A stretch of 64,000 nucleotides of DNA from Corallococcus sp. EGB (lineage in GTDB: Bacteria > Myxococcota > Myxococcia > Myxococcales > Myxococcaceae), in the NCBI RefSeq assembly GCF_019968905.1, contig NZ_CP079946.1:5665356-5729355 (forward strand), in the 5' to 3' direction. Each line of letters starts with the position of its first letter. Position 1 is the first letter of the stretch. Below, in pieces: positions 10,094 to 19,668 of the stretch. Made by a program: the position numbers and the translations under genes. Below the pieces are notes generated by a model. The model did no database searches, was not told the DNA's origin, and worked only from the letters and a program-made list of their open reading frames with translations.

Positions 10094-11788
10094 TCAGGGC
10101 CGCGTGAGCGGCAGCTCCACCACGACCGTCGCGCCCTCGCCCAAACGGCTGTCCAGGGCCACGCGCCCGCCCTCGGCCTCCACGATGGTGCGGGTGAGGT
10201 AGAGCCCCAGGCCCAGGCCGCCGTAGTGGCGCTCGGACACCGCGCGCCCGTAGCGCTCGAAGAGGCGGGACCGCTGGTCCGGCGCGATGCCGATGCCTTC
10301 GTCTCGCACCGTGAGCCGCGCCATGGGGCCGTCCACCACGAGCCGCACCGACACCGGCGTTCCGGCGCCGTACTTGAGGGCGTTGTCCAACAGGTGGTCC
10401 AACACCTGCGCCAGCCGCACGCGGTCGAAGCAGCCGCGCACGGACGCTGGAGCCTCCACCTGGAAGTCGCAGTGCTCCACGGCGAACCTCGGCGCGAACC
10501 CGGCGGCCACCTCGCGCACCACCTCCGCGACGTCCACCTGCTCGCGCTGCAGGCGGAAGGTGCCGGCGCTGATGCGCGACACATCCAGCAGGTCGTTCAT
10601 CAGATCCGTGAGCCGGCGGACCTGGCGGTTCCCCGTATCGACATGGGCCTCGATGATCGGCGCGAGCGGCGAGTCCGGATGCGCCTTCACCGCGCGCGAG
10701 AGCGCCTGGAGCTTCAGGCTCAGGGGCGTCAGCGGCGTCTTCAGCTCGTGGCTCGCGACGGAGAGGAACTCGTCGCGCAGGCGGATGGCCTCGCGCGCGC
10801 CCTGCAGCAGCCTTGCGTTGTCCACCGCGAGCGCGGCCAGGTTCCCCAGCTCCTGGGCGAAGCGGAGGTCCTCGTCGCCGTAGCGGCGGCCGGACGTGGT
10901 GCTCAGGAAGGTCAGCGCGCCCAGGATGTGCCCCCGGGCCAGCAGCGGCACGGTGAGCAGCGAGCGGATGCCCACCTGCCGCATCGTCACCAGGTGGTCG
11001 GCGTCCTGCGCCACGGACTCCATCAGCGCGTCCGTCACCTCCGTCAGCAGGGTGGGGCTGCCGGTCGCCAGCGCCACCGCGGGCGGATAGCGGGGCCGCT
11101 CCCGGGGCACCGGCGTCAGCCGCTGCACGGTGGCCACGAGCGGCGCCTGGGAGGCATCCGCCGCCACCACCTGGGCGCGCTCGAAGTGGCCGTCCGGGTG
11201 CAGCACATCCACGATGCACCAGTCCGCGAGCTCCGCCACCGACAGGTTCGCCAGCGACGCCAGCGTGGCGGACGCGTCCAGCGTCGACGAGAACAGCTCG
11301 CTGGCCCGATCCAGGAACGCGGCGCGCTCCTCGCCCAGGACCTGGGCGTGGATGTCGATGCAGGTGCCCACCCATTCGAGCACGGTGCCGTCCGCATCCC
11401 GCACGGGCGCGCCCCGCGCGAGCATCCACACGTACGCGCCATCCGCGCGGCGCAGGCGGTAGCGCACCACGAAGGGCGCGCTCTGGGCCCGGGCCTGCTC
11501 CCACACGGCCAGGGTCCGTTCTCGGTCATCCGGGTGCAGGGCGAGCAGCCACCCCGGGTGGCGCATCTGTTCCGGCGTCTGGCCGGTGAAGGCCGTCCAC
11601 GAGGGAGAGATGGGCGCCTGCGCATCGCTCGCGGGGTTCGAGGTCCAGGTCACCTGCGCCGCGGTCTCCAGCAGCCGGCGGAGCCGCTCGTTCTCCTGGC
11701 GCAGCAGGGTCACCTCGTCACGCGAGGCGACCTCGGCACCGACCTGGGGCATGGAGACACGGCTCGGGTCCAGGAGGGGGGACGTCAT
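10094..11788 (-). CDS. Cytoplasmic sensor histidine kinase (PAS - GAF - HisKA - HATPase_c)
   Basis: H-box SVASHELKTPLTPL. C-terminal G-boxes (DEGIGIAPD, GGLGLGLYL). The N-terminal PAS/GAF region has no TM segments. Confidence 0.9.
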   Translation of the reverse strand: MTSPLLDPSRVSMPQVGAEVASRDEVTLLRQENERLRRLLETAAQVTWTSNPASDAQAPISPSWTAFTGQTPEQMRHPGWLLALHPDDRERTLAVWEQARAQSAPFVVRYRLRRADGAYVWMLARGAPVRDADGTVLEWVGTCIDIHAQVLGEERAAFLDRASELFSSTLDASATLASLANLSVAELADWCIVDVLHPDGHFERAQVVAADASQAPLVATVQRLTPVPRERPRYPPAVALATGSPTLLTEVTDALMESVAQDADHLVTMRQVGIRSLLTVPLLARGHILGALTFLSTTSGRRYGDEDLRFAQELGNLAALAVDNARLLQGAREAIRLRDEFLSVASHELKTPLTPLSLKLQALSRAVKAHPDSPLAPIIEAHVDTGNRQVRRLTDLMNDLLDVSRISAGTFRLQREQVDVAEVVREVAAGFAPRFAVEHCDFQVEAPASVRGCFDRVRLAQVLDHLLDNALKYGAGTPVSVRLVVDGPMARLTVRDEGIGIAPDQRSRLFERYGRAVSERHYGGLGLGLYLTRTIVEAEGGRVALDSRLGEGATVVVELPLTRP

Positions 11789-11797
11789 CGCTACGCC

Positions 11798-12814
11798 TCA
11801 GTAGACGTTGTATTTGGCCCGGAGGGCCTCGTGCTCCTGCGCGTTGCGCGACGGGTGCAGGACCTTCTGCGCATCGTGCAGGTAGTACCAGTAGTCGCTC
11901 TTCACCGGCCGCAGCGCGGCGAGCAGCGAGTCCACCGTGGGCGCGCCAATGGGGCCCGGCGGCAGCCCCGCGCGCGTGCGCGAGTTCCACGGATCCGTGT
12001 TGTCCCGTAGCCGCTTGAGGAACGCCTTGCGGTCGTTCCACTCCGCCAGCTCGTAGCGGCTGGTCGCGTCCACGCCCAGCGGGAAGCCCTTGTCCACGCG
12101 CTTCCAGAGGATGCCCGCGACGAGCGCGCGCTGGGACGGCACCGGCTCCTCGCGCTCCAGCATGGAGGCCATCACGACGATGTCGTGCAGCGAGCGGCCG
12201 CTCTTGGCGATCTCGTCCTTGTGCTCGTCGTAGAAGCGCGCGCGGAAGGTGTCGATCTGCCGCTGGATGAACGCCTCCACCTTGAAGTTGTCCGCGATGA
12301 TCCCGTACGTCTCCGGATACAGGTAGCCCTCCAGGCTGCGCGTGGGCATCGGGAACGGGGCCGTGAAGTGCTCCGGGTGGCTGGCCGCGGCGATGTACTC
12401 GCCCGGCTTGATCAGCCCCTGGGCCGCGAGCACCTGGTCGGTGTCGCGCAGGCGCCAGCCTTCAATCATCGCGAAGGGCACGTCCTCCGGCAGCGGCTGA
12501 CCTTCCAGGGCGGTGGCCAGGTCCGCCACGGACGCGGTGGGGCTCAGCAGGAAGCGGCCCGCCTTCACCTTGAGTCCGCCCCGGCGCCACAGGTGGAAGC
12601 GCCACACGGTGGCGTCATCCAGGAAGCCCTGGTCCTGGAGCTGCTGGCCCAGCGAGCGCGCGGACGCGCCCTTCTTCACCACGAACTCCTTGGGGGCCGG
12701 ATCCGCCGCCGCGTGCGGCGCGGTGGTGGCGTTCTGGAAGTGCATGAACGTCCCGCCCACGCCCGCGACCGCCAGGACGATGAGCACGAGGAGCGCGACC
12801 AGGATCTTCTTCAT
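11798..12814 (-). CDS. mltG: Endolytic murein transglycosylase MltG (YceG family)
   Basis: Start chosen at internal MKKILVALLVLIVLA (TM anchor) rather than the upstream extension. The YceG-like core includes the DxxGLxxxExxxxxR-type region (YLYPETYG, ASMLEREE). Confidence 0.85.
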   Translation of the reverse strand: MKKILVALLVLIVLAVAGVGGTFMHFQNATTAPHAAADPAPKEFVVKKGASARSLGQQLQDQGFLDDATVWRFHLWRRGGLKVKAGRFLLSPTASVADLATALEGQPLPEDVPFAMIEGWRLRDTDQVLAAQGLIKPGEYIAAASHPEHFTAPFPMPTRSLEGYLYPETYGIIADNFKVEAFIQRQIDTFRARFYDEHKDEIAKSGRSLHDIVVMASMLEREEPVPSQRALVAGILWKRVDKGFPLGVDATSRYELAEWNDRKAFLKRLRDNTDPWNSRTRAGLPPGPIGAPTVDSLLAALRPVKSDYWYYLHDAQKVLHPSRNAQEHEALRAKYNVY

Positions 12815-12949
12815 ATGGGGCGCCAACCTATCAAAGGCACTGACGCTTCCAACGAGATCCACCGTCCCGCCGGCCGGGCAGGCGGACGTAAGCGCCCCCT
12901 TCTCAACACCCACCGATGAGGGCGCCCCTTCCCTCACGCCTCGTCTAGG

Positions 12950-13864
12950 ATGGCGGCCTTGTTCGTCGACCCCCGCCGGCTCGAAACGTTCCGCGTCGTC
13001 GCCTCGACGGGGCAGATCTCCGCTGCCTCGCGCCAGCTCCACCTGTCACAGCCCGCCGTCACCGCGCAGATCCGGCAGTTGGAGGCGGACTGCGGCCAGC
13101 CGCTCCTGGTGCGGACCGCGAGGGGCGTGCGGCTGAACGCGGCGGGGCGCGTGCTCTTCGACTACGCCCAGCGGATCCACGGCCTGCTGGACGAAGCGGC
13201 GCTCGCCATCGCGGCCGGGGAGACCCTCACCGGCGAGCTCGCGCTGGCGGCGAGCACCACCGTCGCCAACGCCATCGTGCCGGGACTGCTGGCGTCGTTC
13301 CTGCGCACGCACCGTGAACTGCAGGTCCGTCTGGAAGTGGGCAACACGCGCGAGGTGCTGGCGTGGCTGTCGGAGGGCCGGGTGCCGCTGGGGTTGGTGG
13401 AGGGCCACGCGCGGGCGCCCGGCATCCGGCTGGAGCGCTACCTCGACGACGAGCTCGTGCCGGTGGTCGCGTCGGAAGGCCCGGCCGAGTGGCTGCGCAT
13501 CCGCACGATGGAGGCGCTGCGGGAGGTGCCGCTGCTCTGGCGGGAGCAGGGCTCCGGCACCCGCGCCGTCCTGGACCGGGCCCTGCGCAAGGCGGGCGTG
13601 CGCAAGGGGCCGCAGCGCGGAGACCTCCAACTGGGCAGCACGGAGGCCATCAAGCGGGCCGTGTCCCTCGGGATGGGCGTGGCGCTCTTGTCCCGCTGGA
13701 GCATCCACGGCGAGCTGTCCCTGGGCCGCTTCCAGGTGCTGCCCGTGCCCGGGCTGCGCATCCCGCGCGCGTTCTCCTGGGCCCTGCCCGTGGATGAACC
13801 GTCCGGCGCCGCGGGCAGCTTCCTGCGCCACGCCCGCGCCACGCCCCCGGTGCTGCTGCCCTGA
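12950..13864 (+). CDS. LysR-family transcriptional regulator
   Basis: N-terminal HTH (LETFRVVASTGQISAASRQLHLSQPAVTAQIRQLE) followed by a LysR substrate-binding domain. Confidence 0.9.
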   Translation: MAALFVDPRRLETFRVVASTGQISAASRQLHLSQPAVTAQIRQLEADCGQPLLVRTARGVRLNAAGRVLFDYAQRIHGLLDEAALAIAAGETLTGELALAASTTVANAIVPGLLASFLRTHRELQVRLEVGNTREVLAWLSEGRVPLGLVEGHARAPGIRLERYLDDELVPVVASEGPAEWLRIRTMEALREVPLLWREQGSGTRAVLDRALRKAGVRKGPQRGDLQLGSTEAIKRAVSLGMGVALLSRWSIHGELSLGRFQVLPVPGLRIPRAFSWALPVDEPSGAAGSFLRHARATPPVLLP

Positions 13865-13865
13865 C

Positions 13866-14876
13866 TCACGTGGCCAGGCCCAGCCGCAGCGCCCCCAGGC
13901 ACAGGCCCGCCATGATCAGCCACAGCGCCACCGCCTGCGCGAGCGGCCGCAAGCCCACGGCGCGCAACGTCTCGCGCGTCAGGCCGGAGCCCAGCAGGAA
14001 CAGCGTCACGACGAGCAGCTGCCTCGCGACGGCCGCCACCCCCTGCCCCACCGGCTTGAGCCCGGGGAACACCGTCACCACCGCCGCCGCGCCTAGGAAC
14101 CCGGCGATGAACCACGGCCTGCGCACCTTGCCCGTCACCGCGTGTCCCTCGCGCCGCTGCCACGCCGCCAGCCCCAACGTCAGCGGGAGGATCCAGAGGG
14201 CCCGCGCCAGCTTCACGGGCGTGGCCACCGCCAGGGCCTCGGGGCCATAGCGCAGCGCCGCGCCCACCACGGAGCTGGTGTCGTGGATGGCCATCGCGCA
14301 CCACAGCCCGAACTGGTGCGGCGTCAGCCCCACCGCGTGGCCCACGACGGGGAAGACGAACAGGGCCACCGCGTTGAGCAGGAACACCGTGCCCAGGGCC
14401 ACGGACGTCTCATGCTCCTGGGGCCGCAGCACCGGCACCACCGCCGCGATGGCGCTCCCGCCGCAGATGGCCGTGCCCACGCTGATGAGCAGCCCCGTCA
14501 CGCGAGGCACGCCCAGCAGCCGGGCGAGCCCCACGCCCAGCGTCAGGCACAGCGCGATGCCCACCACCGTGTAGCCCAGCCCCTCGCGCCCCGCCGTGAG
14601 CACCGTGCGCAGGTCCATGCCGGCGCCCAGCCCCACCACCGCCAGGGACAACAGCCGCGGCGTCAGGGCCCGCGTCCTCGCGGAGTACGGATTGCCCACG
14701 GTCAGGGCCACGCACAGCCCCGCGAGCAGCGCCACGCCAGTGGAGACGAGGGGCAGCAGACACAGCGCCGCGCCGAGCGGCATCAGGACATGCCCGGGCG
14801 TCCAGGCCCGGGGCCGCGCGGCGGGAATCATCGGAGGCGTTTCCATGGGCCAGGAGATGCGCCGGACAGCCTCCAA
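13866..14876 (-). CDS. YeiH/UPF0324-family inner-membrane protein (putative sulfate exporter family)
   Basis: Polytopic Gly/Ala/Leu-rich membrane protein with YeiH-like conserved segments. The start may be internal (METPPM...). Confidence 0.75.
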   Translation of the reverse strand: MEAVRRISWPMETPPMIPAARPRAWTPGHVLMPLGAALCLLPLVSTGVALLAGLCVALTVGNPYSARTRALTPRLLSLAVVGLGAGMDLRTVLTAGREGLGYTVVGIALCLTLGVGLARLLGVPRVTGLLISVGTAICGGSAIAAVVPVLRPQEHETSVALGTVFLLNAVALFVFPVVGHAVGLTPHQFGLWCAMAIHDTSSVVGAALRYGPEALAVATPVKLARALWILPLTLGLAAWQRREGHAVTGKVRRPWFIAGFLGAAAVVTVFPGLKPVGQGVAAVARQLLVVTLFLLGSGLTRETLRAVGLRPLAQAVALWLIMAGLCLGALRLGLAT

Positions 14877-14920
14877 GCACCAGATGGCAGAAGCGATGTG
14901 CCATCAGCAATCTGGATACC

Positions 14921-15694
14921 TCACGGGATGTGCAGCGACAGCTCGTTGGGCGTGAGGATTTCGCAGCCGTCGCGGGTGACGAGCACGGTGTGCTCGAACT
15001 GGGCGGACAGGCTGCCGTCCGCGGTCACGACGGTCCATCCGTCCGGCATCATCCGGATGTCCGGGCGCCCCAGGTTGATCATCGGCTCGATGGTGATGAC
15101 CATCCCCGAGCGCAGCGTGATGCCCGTGCCCGCCCTGGCCACGTGCGGCACGTGCGGCTCCCCGTGCATCTGCCGTCCGATGCCGTGGCCCCCGAACTCC
15201 TCCACCACGCTGCACCCCTCCGCCTTCGCCAGCGCCATCACCGCCGCGCCAATGTCCCCCAGCCGCGCGCCGTGCCGCACCACGGACACGCCCACGTCGC
15301 GGCAGCGCCGCGCCACGTCCACGACGTGCCTCGCATCCGCGGAGACCTCGCCAATCATGAACGTGGCGGACGTGTCCCCGTGGAAGCCGTCCAGGTGCGT
15401 CGTGACGTCCACGTTGACGATGTCCCCGGACTTCAGCACCTCGTCCGTGCGCGGGATGCCATGGCAGACCACGTGGTTGCGGCTGGTGCACACCGTTGCG
15501 GGATAGCCCTTGTAGCCCAGCTGGCTGGGCGCGCCCCCGCGCCGGGCCGTGTCCTCGCGAACCCACGCGTCGATGTCCGCCGTCGTCACGCCCGGCCTCA
15601 GCCGGGACGCCACGTGCGCCAGCGTGCCCGCCGCCGCGCGGCCCGCGAGCCGCAGCCGCTCCACCTCACTGCCCTTGAAGAGAGGAATGCCCAT
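14921..15694 (-). CDS. map: Methionine aminopeptidase, type I
   Basis: Metal ligands and motifs of MetAP-I (DIVNVDVT, HGIGR, FTIEPM-like). Start taken at MGIPLFKG, with ATG at 15692-15694. Confidence 0.93.
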   Translation of the reverse strand: MGIPLFKGSEVERLRLAGRAAAGTLAHVASRLRPGVTTADIDAWVREDTARRGGAPSQLGYKGYPATVCTSRNHVVCHGIPRTDEVLKSGDIVNVDVTTHLDGFHGDTSATFMIGEVSADARHVVDVARRCRDVGVSVVRHGARLGDIGAAVMALAKAEGCSVVEEFGGHGIGRQMHGEPHVPHVARAGTGITLRSGMVITIEPMINLGRPDIRMMPDGWTVVTADGSLSAQFEHTVLVTRDGCEILTPNELSLHIP

Positions 15695-15789
15695 GCCGGG
15701 CAAGCTGGCACCCGCCCGTCTGGAGCGTCCAATGCTGTTCCAGCATCACGCGGCCCCCTGCACGGAGCTCGCGGCACGGATTATCCTCC

Positions 15790-16098
15790 GTGCCCGTGAG
15801 CATCACGCACCTCCAGTCCTTCGTCGCGGTGGCGGAAGAGGGCCACGTGGGCCGGGCCGCGCGCCGGCTGCACATCACCCAGCCGCCGCTCAGCCGTCAC
15901 ATCCTCGCGCTGGAGGATGAGCTGGGCACGCCCCTCTTCGAGCGCGTCCCCAAGGGCATGCGCCTCTTGCCCACCGGAGAGGCCCTGCTCCACCACGCGC
16001 GCCGCATCCTCGCGGAGGTCGACGTCGCCGCCCGCACCGTGCGCGAGGCGGCCCAAGGCTCCGGAGTCTCCAGAGTCCCCAAACCGCCCCCCGCCTGA
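15790..16098 (+). pseudogene. Truncated LysR-family regulator: only the N-terminal HTH domain remains (about 100 aa), followed by out-of-family residues and a stop abutting the neighbouring helicase gene
   Basis: ITHLQSFVAVAEEGHVGRAARRLHITQPPLSRHILALEDELGTPLFER is a canonical LysR HTH. No substrate-binding domain follows in any frame before the convergent helicase gene ends at 16102. Confidence 0.55.
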
Positions 16099-16101
16099 CG
16101 G

Positions 16102-18663
16102 CTAAGACCAGGCGGCCATGCCGCCAATGCGGCGCAGCATCAGGATGGGTCCGTCGTCCATGCGCCGGCCGCGCAAATCAATCTCACAGTCAATGACCCA
16201 GTCCCCATGGCCCTCCGGGTCCATGATGCGCTGCTGGGCCTCCCACTGGCGCGTGCCCGTCTCCTTGAGCTGCGTGTTCGCCGGCTTGCGCGCCTGGGGC
16301 GTGAGCACCACCAGCTTGTGCTCCTCGAAGTACGGCGCAATGGCCTGCTCCAGCTTGGGCGCGGTCCACTCGCCCAGCGCGTTGTCCAGCATGCCCAGCG
16401 CGTCCAGGTAGCGCCGCTGGCCCAGCGCGCGCAGCAGCCGGTGCAGCTCCTCGCGCACGCGCGCGGCGAAGGCCTTGGGGTCCTCCGTGAGCTCCTTGGG
16501 CTTCAGGTCCACCACCGGCTTCACTTCGGTGGGGGCCTCCGGGTTGCGCATCCGCTCCCACTCGTCCAGGAGGCTGGAGTCCACCTGACGCAGCGTCGCG
16601 CGCAGGTGGTCGATGATGTCGTCCAGGTCCTCGTTGCGGAACTTCTCCGGCACCGTCTGCACCAGCGACTTGTAGACGTCTCCCAGGTAGCGCAGGAGCA
16701 CGCCCTCGCTGCGCTGCAGGCTGTACTCGCGCACGTAGTCGTGGAAGGACATGAAGCGCTCGAACATGTCCCGGACGATGGACTTGGGCCGGATGTTCTC
16801 CTCGCCCACCCACGGGTGCTTGCGCGCGAAGGCGTTGAAGGTGCCGTAGATGAAGTCCCGGTTGGGCTTGGGCCACTCCAGCTTCTCCAGCTCCTCCATG
16901 CGGTCGTCGTACTCCACGCCCCGCGCCTTCATCTCCTGGATCTTCTCCCCCTTCAGCTGGTGCAGCTGCGCGTACAGCACCACGTCCGGGTTCTCCAGGA
17001 TGGACTCCACCAGCGTGACGACGTCCAGCGCGTACGTGTCCAGCGTGGGGTCCAGCAGCTCCAGCGTCTCATGGAGGTAAAGGGACAGCGTGTGGTTGAG
17101 GCTGAAGTCGCGCTGCAGGTCCTCGGACACCTCCACCGTGGCCGAGTGCTTCTCCCACTGCACCACCTTCACGATGCCCGCGTCGCGCAGCGTGCGGAAG
17201 TACATCGCCGCGTCCTTGAGCAGCCTCTTCTTCGTGTAGTCGGAGCTGTGCGAGCGCATCACCAGCTGCACCAGCCGCCGGTAGCCGCCGCTGCCCTCCG
17301 TCTTGTCGCTCTGGAGCAGGTTGAGCAGGAGGCCGTGGCTCACGTCGAAGCGCGACTCCAGCGGCTCCGGCAGCCCGTTCTGGAGCCGCTCGAAGGTGTT
17401 GCGGTCGTACTGCACGAAGCCCTTCTGCGGAGGCTTCGCCTTGGGCGACTTCTTCTTGCCCGCGGCCTCCTTCGCGGCCTGGCGGATGTTTTCAATCATG
17501 TACTCGGGGGCCTGCGCCACCACGCTGCCCTCGGTGTCGAAGCCCTTGCGGCCCGCGCGGCCGGCGATCTGCTTGAAGTCGCGCACGCTCAACGTCGCCA
17601 GCTTCTCGCCGTTGAACTTGAACAGCTGCGTGAAGAGCACCGTGCGGATGGGGATGTTCACGCCCACGCCCAGCGTGTCCGTGCCGCTGATGACCTTGAG
17701 CAGGCCCTGCTGCGCCAGCTTCTCCACCAGGAGCCGGTACTTGGGCAGCAGGCCCGCGTGGTGCATGCCGATGCCGTGGCGCAGGAAGCGCTGGAAGTCC
17801 TTGCCGTAGGGCGTGTCGAAGGGGGCGTCCATCAGCGCCTGGCGGATCTCCTCCTTCTCCTCCTTGGTGTTGAAGTCCACGGACATCAGGTTCTGTGCCT
17901 GCTCGGCCGCGGCCCGCTGCGTGAAGTTCACCAGGTACACGGGGTACTTCCCGCGCGCGACCAGCTCCTGGATGGTCTCGTGCAGCGGCGTCTCGCGGTA
18001 GTCGAAGTCCAGCGGCACGGGGCGCTCGGAGCTGCGCACCGTGGCCACCTCGCGGCCGGTGAGCTTCTCCAGGCTCTGCTCGATGACGGTCGTGTCGCCC
18101 AGCGTGGCGGACATCAGCAGGAACTGCGTCTTGGGCAGCGCCAGCAGCGGGATCTGCCAGGCCACCCCGCGCTCCTTGTCGGAGTAGTAGTGGAACTCGT
18201 CCATCACCACCGCGTCCACGCGCGCGGACGCGTCGCGCAGCGCCAGGTTGGACAGGATCTCCGCCGTGCAGCAGAGGATGGGCGCCTCGCGGTTGATGGA
18301 CGCGTCGCCCGTCAGCATGCCCACGTTCTCCGGGCCAAAGGCCTTGGAGAGCGCGAAGAACTTCTCGTTCACCAGCGCCTTGATGGGGCACGTGTAGAAC
18401 GACACCTTGCCCTCGGCCATGGCCTTGAAGTGGAGCGCCATGGCCACCAGCGACTTGCCGGAGCCCGTGGGCGTCTTGAGGAACAGGTGCTTGTCGCTCA
18501 AGAGCTCCAGGATGGCCTCCTCCTGGGCGGCGTACAGGCTCAGCCCGTGGGTGGCCACGTAGCCCACGAAGCGGTTGAGGATCTCGTCGGCGTCGAGAGG
18601 GGGCTCGCCGGGCTTCGGAAGCAGGGCGGCGAGCGGGGCGCGGGGGTCGGCGGAGGCACTCAT
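16102..18663 (-). CDS. DEAD/DEAH-box (Ski2/Lhr-like) helicase with a C-terminal DUF3516-type domain
   Basis: Walker A TPTGSGKS, DEFH box, HHAGLLP, and a long C-terminal extension typical of DUF3516 helicases. Start taken at MSASADP (ATG complement 18661-18663). Confidence 0.88.
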   Translation of the reverse strand: MSASADPRAPLAALLPKPGEPPLDADEILNRFVGYVATHGLSLYAAQEEAILELLSDKHLFLKTPTGSGKSLVAMALHFKAMAEGKVSFYTCPIKALVNEKFFALSKAFGPENVGMLTGDASINREAPILCCTAEILSNLALRDASARVDAVVMDEFHYYSDKERGVAWQIPLLALPKTQFLLMSATLGDTTVIEQSLEKLTGREVATVRSSERPVPLDFDYRETPLHETIQELVARGKYPVYLVNFTQRAAAEQAQNLMSVDFNTKEEKEEIRQALMDAPFDTPYGKDFQRFLRHGIGMHHAGLLPKYRLLVEKLAQQGLLKVISGTDTLGVGVNIPIRTVLFTQLFKFNGEKLATLSVRDFKQIAGRAGRKGFDTEGSVVAQAPEYMIENIRQAAKEAAGKKKSPKAKPPQKGFVQYDRNTFERLQNGLPEPLESRFDVSHGLLLNLLQSDKTEGSGGYRRLVQLVMRSHSSDYTKKRLLKDAAMYFRTLRDAGIVKVVQWEKHSATVEVSEDLQRDFSLNHTLSLYLHETLELLDPTLDTYALDVVTLVESILENPDVVLYAQLHQLKGEKIQEMKARGVEYDDRMEELEKLEWPKPNRDFIYGTFNAFARKHPWVGEENIRPKSIVRDMFERFMSFHDYVREYSLQRSEGVLLRYLGDVYKSLVQTVPEKFRNEDLDDIIDHLRATLRQVDSSLLDEWERMRNPEAPTEVKPVVDLKPKELTEDPKAFAARVREELHRLLRALGQRRYLDALGMLDNALGEWTAPKLEQAIAPYFEEHKLVVLTPQARKPANTQLKETGTRQWEAQQRIMDPEGHGDWVIDCEIDLRGRRMDDGPILMLRRIGGMAAWS

Positions 18664-18854
18664 CGGACCCGACTCTAGGAGGAGCCGCCCGCTCCCCGTG
18701 AAAAATCGCGCGTCCACCGGCCCGCTCCGGCGCCCGCGGAGGCCCCCTGCCTGCCCGGCCTGTGCACCCAGGCACAGTGGCAACGGCTGAAGCGCTCATG
18801 GCGAGGGACACTTCGTCTCCCCATCCTCCCCCGCGACAATCACGGAGGTTGGAC

Positions 18855-19508
18855 ATGCGGACAGCTCGATTCTGGATGGGGACGCTGGTGGCGGGTGCGC
18901 TGGCGCTGGGTTACGGGTGCGGGAGCAGCGCGAAGGAGGATCCAGCGCCGCAGGACGCGCCGCAGCAGAGCATGGATGCGGGCCCTGACGCGGGCATGGA
19001 CGCGGGCACGGACGCGGGCGTGATGCTGACGCTCACCGACGCGCAGATCGCCCGTGTCCTGCAGGTGGCCAACGAGGGTGAGATCATGCTTGGCCAGTTC
19101 GCCGCGCCGCTCGCCACCAGCACGGCCGTGCGCGACTTCAACAACCAGATGGTGACGGAGCACACCGCCGTGAACCAACGGCTGGACGCGCTGCTCTCCG
19201 CCCAGGGCATCACGCCCGAGGACTCCGAGCTGAGCCTCAAGTTGCAGTCGGACATCCAGCAGCTGATGCAGTACCTGTCCGGCCCGCACGCCCCGGCCAA
19301 GGGCGCCGCGCTCGACCAGGCGCTGATCAGCGCGCAGCTCGATGCGCACGCGCAAGTCGCCTTCCTCTCCGACGCCCTGCTGTCGACACAGATCGTCAAC
19401 CCGGCCCTGAAGCAGGAGGCGCTCGCCGAGCGGCAGACCGTGCAGACGCACATCAACTCGGCGGCGAGCATCCAGTCCGGCTTCGTGCTGCCACCCACCA
19501 CGCCGTAG
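18855..19508 (+). CDS. DUF4142-family lipoprotein
   Basis: Signal peptide with lipobox (LALGYGCG). C-terminal four-helix DUF4142-like region (EHTAVNQRLDALL...DQALISAQLDAHAQV). A GGAGG RBS sits 6 nt upstream. Confidence 0.75.
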   Translation: MRTARFWMGTLVAGALALGYGCGSSAKEDPAPQDAPQQSMDAGPDAGMDAGTDAGVMLTLTDAQIARVLQVANEGEIMLGQFAAPLATSTAVRDFNNQMVTEHTAVNQRLDALLSAQGITPEDSELSLKLQSDIQQLMQYLSGPHAPAKGAALDQALISAQLDAHAQVAFLSDALLSTQIVNPALKQEALAERQTVQTHINSAASIQSGFVLPPTTP

Positions 19509-19550
19509 CCCTCACACGCTCCAGGGCGGTTCAAGCCCTGGGTGCAAATC

Positions 19551-19585
19551 CGGCTCGGGCTCTCAGAACGTGAGAGCCCGGGCCG
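19551..19585 (+). terminator. Near-perfect 15-bp inverted repeat downstream of the DUF4142 gene (putative terminator)
   Basis: cggctcgggctctca-gaacg-tgagagcccgggccg, with one mismatch. Confidence 0.35.
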
Positions 19586-19668
19586 GCTCATACGACGTGT
19601 GGGGTGGGGATTCGCCCCAGGTGCTTTCCAATCGTGTCGGCCCGGTTTAGTAGGACTTCGGACCGCCG

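Noticed and set aside
11798-13042. Upstream extension of mltG (414-aa ORF)
   Set aside because: The first 76 codons precede the obvious MKKIL TM anchor and would overlap the LysR promoter region. The start was moved to 12814.
16207-18678. 823-aa plus-strand ORF
   Set aside because: Antisense to the DEAD/DEAH helicase, which has clear Walker motifs. Composition artefact.
19520-19560. tRNA-like T-arm look-alike (ggttcaagccc ... gcaaatccggc)
   Set aside because: No acceptor stem, D-arm or anticodon arm can be built. The segment is part of the terminator dyad region instead.
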